From: an uncultured Rhodospirillaceae bacterium
GTDB lineage: Bacteria > Pseudomonadota > Alphaproteobacteria > Rhodospirillales > UBA2165
Direction: 5' to 3'
Assembly (NCBI GenBank): GCA_964574215.1
Contig: CAZNLR010000003.1
Span: 78,746 to 142,745 of the forward strand
Length of the DNA stretch: 64,000 nucleotides
In this document: positions 36,701 to 45,700 of the stretch, piece after piece
Layout of the letters: every line of letters begins with the position of its first letter
Position numbering within the stretch: the stretch's first letter is position 1
Notes under the pieces: generated by a model
Seen by the model: only the letters and a program-made list of their open reading frames with translations
Databases searched by the model: none
Told to the model about the DNA's origin: nothing
Made by a program: the position numbers and the translations under genes

Positions 36701-39700
36701 TCGCCGTTGAAGTTGGCCGGCGGCCGGATGCACACCAGGTGCAGTTGCTCGGGCGAAACCGTCCATTCACCGTCGCCCAAATTGGTACCCGGGCTCAGAA
36801 TGGCGCCTTCCGGCACGTTGCTGATGGTGACATCAAGGGTTTCCGAACCGTCCGTATCGACCAGGTCAGTATCCAAATTCAATTGCGTCCACTGGTCTTC
36901 CGCACCCGTCTCGTCGCTCACCACGACGATGGGATCGTCGGCAACACCCGTAACGGACAGGGTTACCGTTGCCGTATCGGTGCCGCCATGACCGTCATCG
37001 ACGGTAAAGGTGAAGCTGTCGGTGCCGGAATAGTTCTCGTCGGCTTGATAGCTGTAGCTGCCGTCCGGATTGATGGTGATGGTACCGTGCTCGGGCCCAC
37101 CGTTCTCGGACAGCGAGAATTCCAGATCGTCACCGTCAGCGTCGGTCGCCTGCAATTGGCCGACAAAGGCCGTGTCTTCCAACAGATCGTCTTCCGCGCC
37201 GCCAATGGCCACCGGAACCTCGTTGGTGGGATCGACATCGATGGTGAAGTCTTTGGAGGCTTCGCCTTCGTTGGACGTCGCCGTCAAGGTCGCACCGATG
37301 GTGCCGGAATAGTCGCCCGGAATATTCAGGCTGAGATCGGCCAGTTCGGCTTCCGTACCGGTCCACACGCCGTCGGTCAGCGTACCCGTGGTAACGCTGG
37401 CGCCGTCGGGCAGGTTGGTGAAGGCCACTTCGATGGATTCATATACTTCCGAACCGTCGGAGTCCGTGATGGACGCCGACAGCCCCAAATCGACCGTCAG
37501 ATCGGCCCCGTCGCCATCATCGTCGCCACCGTCATCATCGGCATCGGCGTCAGCATCGGCGTCAGCATCCGCATCGGAATCATCGTCATCATCCGACGCA
37601 CCGTGGGATTCGACCACAATGGTATCGTCTTCGACGCCAACGTTGACGTCGCCGGTCGCTTCGACCGTAACGGTAAACGTGTCGGAGGCCGTGCCGCCTT
37701 CGTTGCTGGTGACCGTCAGTTCACCGGAGATTTCACCGGACCAGTCGGCGGGCGGCGTGACGGAAAGATTGGATAATTCGTCGGCCGTACCCGTCCAGAC
37801 ACCGTTTTCCAAAGCGCCGGCATTAACCGTCGCGCCATCGGGAAGATCGGTGAAGGCGACTTCTATGCTCTCGAAAGTCTCCGATCCATCACCGTCGGTA
37901 ATCGCGGTCGACAGGTTCAGCGGTATGGCGCCGCCGTCTTCAAAGCCGGAAACATCATCGGCCGCGACGGAAACATCGCCTTCCGGCGTGATGGTCAAAT
38001 TGACGGTCGCCGTATCGGAACCGCCCTGGCCGTCGCTGATGGTATAGGTGAACTGCGCCTCGCCACTGTAATCCTCGTCCGGCGTAAAGGTTACCGTACC
38101 GTTCTCATTCAGCGTTACCGAGCCGTTGGTCGCATTGCCGACACCGGTAATTTCCAACGTGCCGCCGTCGATATCGCCGTCATTGCCCAGAAGATCGGAT
38201 GGGTTCAACGTCAAGGCTGCGTCTTCGGCAAATGTAAAGCTATCCTCTGCTGCCACCGGGCCGTCATTGGTACCGGTGACCGTAACCGTCGCCGTTGCTG
38301 ACGCGGTACCACCCTCACCGTCGCTGATGGTGTAATTGATGACCACGTCTTCCGTTGCACCCGGCGCCAGATCGTCAAAATCCGTACCCGGATCGAAATT
38401 GACCGTGCCATCTTCGTTGATGGAGACTGAGCCTTGGCCTTCGCCATCAATCGTCGCGTCGGTCACCGTCAGATCATCGCCGTCAACATCATAATCATTG
38501 GCCAGCACATCGATATCGATACTGACGTTTTCCGTCGTGTCGTCAAAATCGTTGACCGCCACAGGACCGTCGTTGGTATTGATAACTTCGAGACCATAGG
38601 TGTCGTCGGCTTCCCAACCGGACTGGTCGGTCGCCGTCACCGTGATGTTTAACTCACCGAGATCATCATTGCCGGGAACGCCGGAAATAACACCGGTCTC
38701 GGGATCGATGGAAACCCAATCGGGCAGCGGTGAGCCGTCTTCCAGCTCCGCCGAATAGGTCAGCACATCACCGTCGTCGATATCGATGAAGTTTTGTGAG
38801 GCGTCATAGGAATAAGCGCTATCCTCGCTGATGGTCGCATCGGCAATTTCCGTCGTCAGGACCGGCCCGTCATTGGTGCCGGTGATGGTGATGGTCGCTT
38901 CTTGGACCAACGTACCGCCGTTGCCGTCATCAATAGTATAGGTAAAGGTTTCGGTCGTCGTGTCGCCCACACCCATGTGATTGAACACGGTTTCACCGGT
39001 CGCCGGGTCTACATTCGGCGTATAGGTCACGCTGCCGTCGGCGGCGATTTCGACCGTTCCGTTTTGCGGTTGGGTGTATTCAGTTATCGTATGAGTGTCC
39101 GTCGCATCCGGATCATCAACGGTGATATCGTCAAAGATGTTGAAGGTCGTACCGTCGTCTTCAAGCGTATCACCCTCGGCGCTACCGACGACCGTAAAGC
39201 CGTCATTGGTGCCGTTAATGGTCACCGTGGCGACCGCCGTATCGGTGGCGCCGGCTTCATCGGTAATGGTGTAGGTGATCTCGACGGTTGCTTCCTCGCC
39301 CGCCGCCAAATCGTTATAGGCGTCGCCCGGATCAAAGGTAACGGTACCGTCGTCGTTGATGGTCACCGTACCGTCGGCACCACCTTCGATGACCGCATCA
39401 GACACCGTCAGCTCATCACCATCTAAGTCGTAGTCATTGGCCAACACGTTGATGGTTACCGATGAATCCTCATCGGTGGTCGCACTGTCATCAATTGCGA
39501 TCGGCGCGTCGTTATCCGGATCGAGGCCGATGGTCAGCGTCGCCGTATCGGTGCCGCCGTCGTTATCGGACAACGTATAGGTAAAGACATCCTCGCCGCC
39601 GGAACCGGTGCCCTCATAGTCAACGGAGAACATGAGATCATTGTAATCTTCGTCGCCACCGCCCCAGAGATCTTCAAACCCGATCATCAGTTCGCCGGAA

Positions 39701-42700
39701 TCCTCGTCGACACCCGCATTGGTGTGGGCAACATTGTCTTCGTTCAATTGACCGTCGGTCAGGTTGTTGTCGACCGAATGGAACACATCGGCGCCGTCAA
39801 TTTCGTGGTTGCCGACAGGGTTACCAGCCGGGTTGATCTGCTGAATATTGCCGTTCTCGTCGAACGCCAGCGTATGGTCGGCCGGAATGTTGTCGATCCA
39901 GTCATATTCATTGGCGCCGTTTTTGACGATGAAGAAGCCGAAGGTTTCACCCGGCCCCAAATCGTCAATGGTGAATTGGGATTCACCGGGCACCAAATCG
40001 CCGCCGCTGCCCTCTTGCGAGGCGTCGGCCCAGGCGATCTGTGGGTCAGACGGATTGCCGTCGGCGTCAATTTTGTAATAGCCGACCGTATTGTGATAAC
40101 CGGCAACCTCACCTTGGAAGGTGACGGTGACGGATTCGCCGCCTTCCGGCATGGTCAGGTTTTCCTGGCTCACCTGCACCGGATCGAGGTCTTCCATTTC
40201 CTCCGGATCAACCCAGGTCGGCGTGCCTTCGGCCCAATCATGGTCGAAATCGCCGCCTTCACCTTTTTCGAAGGTGTAGGAACCGTCGCTGTTGATGGTC
40301 AATTCACCGAGATCGCTATCGATGGTCAGTGGGTCTCCATTTTCGGGGAAGGTGTAGGTCACGCCTTCGTAGGTAACGTCAACGATGCTCAATGTATCGC
40401 TGTCGATATCGGTATCCTCGCCGCCTGTTTGGCCGGCAGCGGTAATGATGTTGCCGGAAACCGTATCGCCGAGATCATCGCCAACAACATTTTCATCGTC
40501 GACGGCGTCCGGGTCGTCATTGACCGGATGAACCGTAATACCCGACGTCTGCGGCACATTTGCCGTGCCGTCCGACACGTTATAGGCAAGGTCAACTTCG
40601 CCGTTCCAGTCTTGATCCGGGACAAAGGTGTAAACTCCGTCAACCGGGCCGCTCAACGTTCCCTGACCGCCGGTCACTTCAAGCGAGTTCACACTCAGCT
40701 CATCGCCGTCTATATCGGAGGCGCCTTCCAACAACTGGTCTTCGGTGATGGTGATAACCCCGTCTTCGTTCATTTCGAACGCCGGCGAGGATGAGATCAC
40801 GGGCTCGTCGTTTACCGATGCGACATTGACGTTAAAGCTCTGAGAGGCCGTCCCTTCATTACTGTCGACGGTCAATACGGCACCAAAATCACCATACCAG
40901 TTTTCCGGCGGCGTCACGGAAACACCGGCCAACGCGGCTGCCGACGGAACCGAATAGGTGCCGTCTTCGTTCTGTGTCGCGCCATTGACCACGGCGCCTT
41001 CTGGCAGATTCGTAAAGTCGATTTCTATGGCGCTGAGCGTTTCTGAGCCGTCTGCGTCGGTAATATCAAACGAATCCGTGCTAAGGCCGAGATTAATCGT
41101 CGTATCTTCAGCACCGGTTACGTCCTCAACAGAAACGGTCACATCGCCGGTCGGCGTCACGGTCACGGTAAAGGCGTCAGGCGCGCTTTCACCTTCCGTC
41201 GTTACGGCGACGGCGGAACCGGTGAAGTCACCCGCCCAGTCGTCCGGCGGATTGATGGTTACAGAGTCGATATCGGCAGCCGCAACCGTCAACACGTTAC
41301 CCACCAACGTGCCGCCGGAAACTTCGGTGCCCGCCGGAAATTCACTGTCGAAGGTGATAACCACTTCCGTCAGATTTTCGCCCGCATCGGTGATGATGGC
41401 GTTGAGATCCAGCGCCACATCCGCGCCATCCTCGGCGCCGCTCACGTCGCCGGCAACCATGGTCACGTCGCCCTCCGCACCCACATCAAGCGAGACTGTC
41501 GCGGAACTCGTGCCGCCGTCGCCATCGGAGATCGTATAAGTGAACTGGGCCGGGCCGCTGTAGTCGGGATCCGGTGTAAAGACGATTTCGCCATTGACGA
41601 TTTCGACGGAGCCGTTCTGAGCTTCACTGACACCGGTCACGGTCAGTTCACTGTGCGGCGTATCAATGTCCTCATCATTGGCCAGCAATGTCGCCGGATC
41701 GATGGTCAGGGCATTGTCTTCCGTCGTCGTGAATCCGGAGTCCGCATAGGCCACAGGGTCATCATTGGTGCCCTCAATGGTAATCGTCACCGTTTCCTCA
41801 GCGGTACCGTCAACCGATGTCACCGTGAAGGTTTCCGTCATGGTGTCGCCGACACCCATGGCTTGAACCGCAGGATCATCGTTATCCAGCGAAAAGCTCC
41901 AGTTGCCGTCGGCATCCATAGAAAAGGACCCATGCTCACCGTCAGCTTGATCAACCGCATCAAACAGGCTCTCACCCGTGTCGGGATCGCTGACATTTAA
42001 CACACCGCCAACGTCCAGCACACTATCTTCGACGACCGTTCCCGTATCCGCGCCGGAAATTGTTGCACCGTCATTGGTGCCGGTGACCGTGATGGTCGCC
42101 GTCGCGGTGTCTTCACCTCCATGGCCATCCGAAATTGTATAGGTAACCGTGACAACCTCTTCCTGGCCATCCGGCAAATCGTCAAAGTCGGTGCCCGGTT
42201 CGAAGTGGAGAGTACCGTCTTCGTTGATGGTGACCACGCCCTGTCCGGTGGCCGGGTTGCCGCTGGCGTCCACGATGGTGGCGCTCTCGACGTTCAGTTC
42301 ATCACCGTCAACGTCATAGTCGTTGTCGAGAACATCGATATCGATGGCAACGTTTTCAGTTGTTTCGGCTACATCGTTGATCGCCACTGGGATTTCATTG
42401 GTGGGATCGACCTGGATGGTGAAGTCCTTGGAATCTTCGCCTTCGTTACTGGTCGCCGTCAAGGTGGCACCGATGGTGCCGGAATAGTCGCCTGGGATAT
42501 TCAGGCTGAGATCAGCCAATTCGGCTTCCGTGCCGGACCAGACACCGTCCGTCAACGTACCGGTATTGACGCTGGCGCCATCGGGCAGATTGGTAAAGGC
42601 CACTTCGATGGATTCGTAGACTTCGGAACCGTCCGAATCGGTGATGGCCGAGGACAGACCCAAATCGACTGTCAGGTCGTCGCCGTCACCGACACCGCTG

Positions 42701-45700
42701 TCATCATCGGAATCTGAATCCGAGTCGGCATCCGAATCGTCATCGTCATCCGCCGCACCGTGGGATTCGACCACAATAGTGTCATCTTCAATGGCAACGG
42801 TCACATCGCCGGTCGGCGTCACGGTCACGGTAAAGGCGTCAGGCGCGCTTTCACCTTCCGTCGTTACGGCGACGGCGGAACCGGTGAAGTCACCCGCCCA
42901 GTCGTCCGGCGGATTGATGGTTACAGAGTCGATATCGGCAGCCGCAACCGTCAACACGTTACCCACCAACGTGCCGCCGGAAACTTCGGTGCCCGCCGGA
43001 AATTCACTGTCGAAAGTGATGACCACTTCCGTCAAATCTTCGCCGGCATCAGTAATAATGGCGTTCAGATCCAGCGCCACATCCGCGCCATCCTCGGCGC
43101 CGCTCACGTTGCTGGCAACCATGGTCACGTCGCCTTCCGCGCCGACATCAAGAGAGACTGTCGCCGAACTCTCGCCGCCCTGGCCGTCGGAGATCGTATA
43201 AGTGAACTGGGCCGGGCCGCTGTAGTCGGGATCCGGCGTAAAGACGATTTCGCCATTGACGATTTCGACGGAGCCGTTCTGGGCGTCGCTGACACCGGTC
43301 ACGGTCAATTGGTCGTGCGGCGTATCAACGTCCTCATCATTGGCCAACAATATCGCCGGATCAATGGTCAGGGCATTGTCTTCGGTCGTCGTAAAGCCAC
43401 TGTCGTCCTTCGCCACCGGACCGTCATTGGTGCCGGTGACAGTTATCGTAATCGTATTGGATGCAGTTGCCCCTTCGGGATCGGTTACCGTGTAGGTGAA
43501 GGTTTCCGTCGCTGTTTCGCCATCGGCCAAACTATCGTAGGAGCCGGCCGGAGGCGTAAATGTAACATCCGTTCCGTCGACGCTGGCGGACCAACCCGTT
43601 TGTGCGGGATCTGTGGTTACGGTTAATTCGGCGTCCGTATGATCCAAATCGTCGATTTCATCGGCGACATTGACCGTCACCGAGACATCGTCTTCACCCA
43701 TGGTGCCGGAATCGGCTTCGGCGGTCGGTCCGTCGTTGACGGCGATAACTTCTACGTCAACGGTGGCCGTACTGCTTACCGCACCGTCGCCATCGGTCAG
43801 CGTAATGCTGACCGCCCGGTCGCCTTCGACGGGGTCTTCGCTGGTATTTTCAAAAGTGACCTGATTGAGAACTTTTTCGGCGATATCGTCTGTCGCGTTC
43901 TCGTTAAACGTAATCACCAGATCGGCGCCGTCGACGCCGCCTTCGAATGTACCGATCACTTCGCCGCCATAGGACAGCTCATTACCGCTGACGCTAACAC
44001 CGCCCGGACCGAAGGAAAGCTGGTCGTTGACCGTTTCGCCGTCCATGGCAATGGTCATCTGGCCGCCATCTAAATCTTCAGAATCGGGATCAATGATATT
44101 AGCGCTGGGCGCTATTTTGACGGGGTTCTGGCCCTCGGTGAAGGTCTTGTCGCCGCCCGGGATGGTAATCACCGGCGGATCGTTATCGATTTCAGTATAG
44201 GTGACGTTGAAGTTCGCCGTTGCTGTCGAATTGTCGGCATTGTTGCCGTCATCGATCGTGTAGGTGAAGTTCACCTCGCCGGAGAAATCTGGATCGCTCG
44301 GCGTGAACGTCCAATTACCGGCATCATCCGGGCCGGTCAGAACACCTTCGGCACTGTCCGTTTGAACATCCGTTACCGACAGTACATCGGACGCATCTGG
44401 GTCATAGTCGTTGGCCAACAGTTCGGCCGGAGTAATGGTGATGGGTTCGCCCTCGCCAGCCGTGCGGCTGCTGTCTACCGCCACTGGGCCATCATTCGTA
44501 CCCGTGATGGTCACCGTCACCGTATCCGTCGCCGTGCCGTCAACCGACGCATCATCGTTATCCAGCGAATACGTCCAGTTGCCCGTGTCGTCCATCGAGA
44601 ACGTGCCGTGGTCACCCGCTTCGCCGGTCACCTCGTCAAACAGGCTCTCGCCCGTATCGACATCGACAATGTCCAGATTGCCCGTGGCGCTCAGAATACT
44701 GTCCTCGGTCACCGCGCCGGTGTCCTCACCGCTGATGGTCGGCACGTCGTTGGTGCCCGTGATGGTGATCGTCACCGTCTCAGAAGCCGTGCCATCAACG
44801 GAATCAACCGTGAAGGTCTCGGTCATGGTCTCGCCCGCCGGCAGGGCCTGAACCGCCGCATCGTCGTTATCCAGCGAATACGTCCAGTTGCCCGTGTCGT
44901 CCATCGAAAACGTGCCGTGGTCACCCGCTTCGCCGGTCACCTCGTCAAACAGGCTCTCGCCCGTGTCGGGATCGGTTACATCAAGATCGCCACTGACACT
45001 AAGAAGGCTATCTTCGGTAACGCCGCCGACATCCGTGCCAGTAATCGTGGCGCCGTCATTGGTGCCGGTAATGGTGATGGTCGCCGTCTCTACTGACGTG
45101 GCGCCATTGCTGTCGGTTACAGTATAGGTGAAGGTGTCGGTCGCCGTTTCCCCTTCGGGCAGGCTGTTGAAAACGCTCTCACCCGTAACCGCATCCACGT
45201 TCGGCGTGTAAACCACACTGCCGTCGGCGGCCACTTCCACCGTGCCGTTGGAGGGTTGGGTGTAGTCTGACACACTATGGGTGTCGGACGTATCCTCGTC
45301 GGTCACCGTAATGTCGTCGAAAACATTAAAGGATGCCGTGGCGTCGTCTTCCAACATGTCATCTGCGGCAGCGCCCACGACCGTAAAGCCGTCGTTCGTG
45401 CCGCTGATCGTCACTGTCGCCGTCGCCGTATCCGTGCCGCCTTGGCCATCACTGATGGTGTAGGTAATGTCGACCGAAGCACTTTCGCCAACAGCCATGG
45501 CGTTATAGCTGTCGCCGGGCGTAAAGGTGACCGTGCCGTCGGTGTTAACGACAACATCGCCGTCAACGCCTTCAGGCAAGGTTGCGTCCGACACGCTCAG
45601 CGTGCCACCGTCCGGATCGTCATCATTTTCAAGAACGTTGATGGTGACCGCCGTGTCTTCGTCGGTCGACGATATGTCATCAACCGCCACAGGAACGTCA

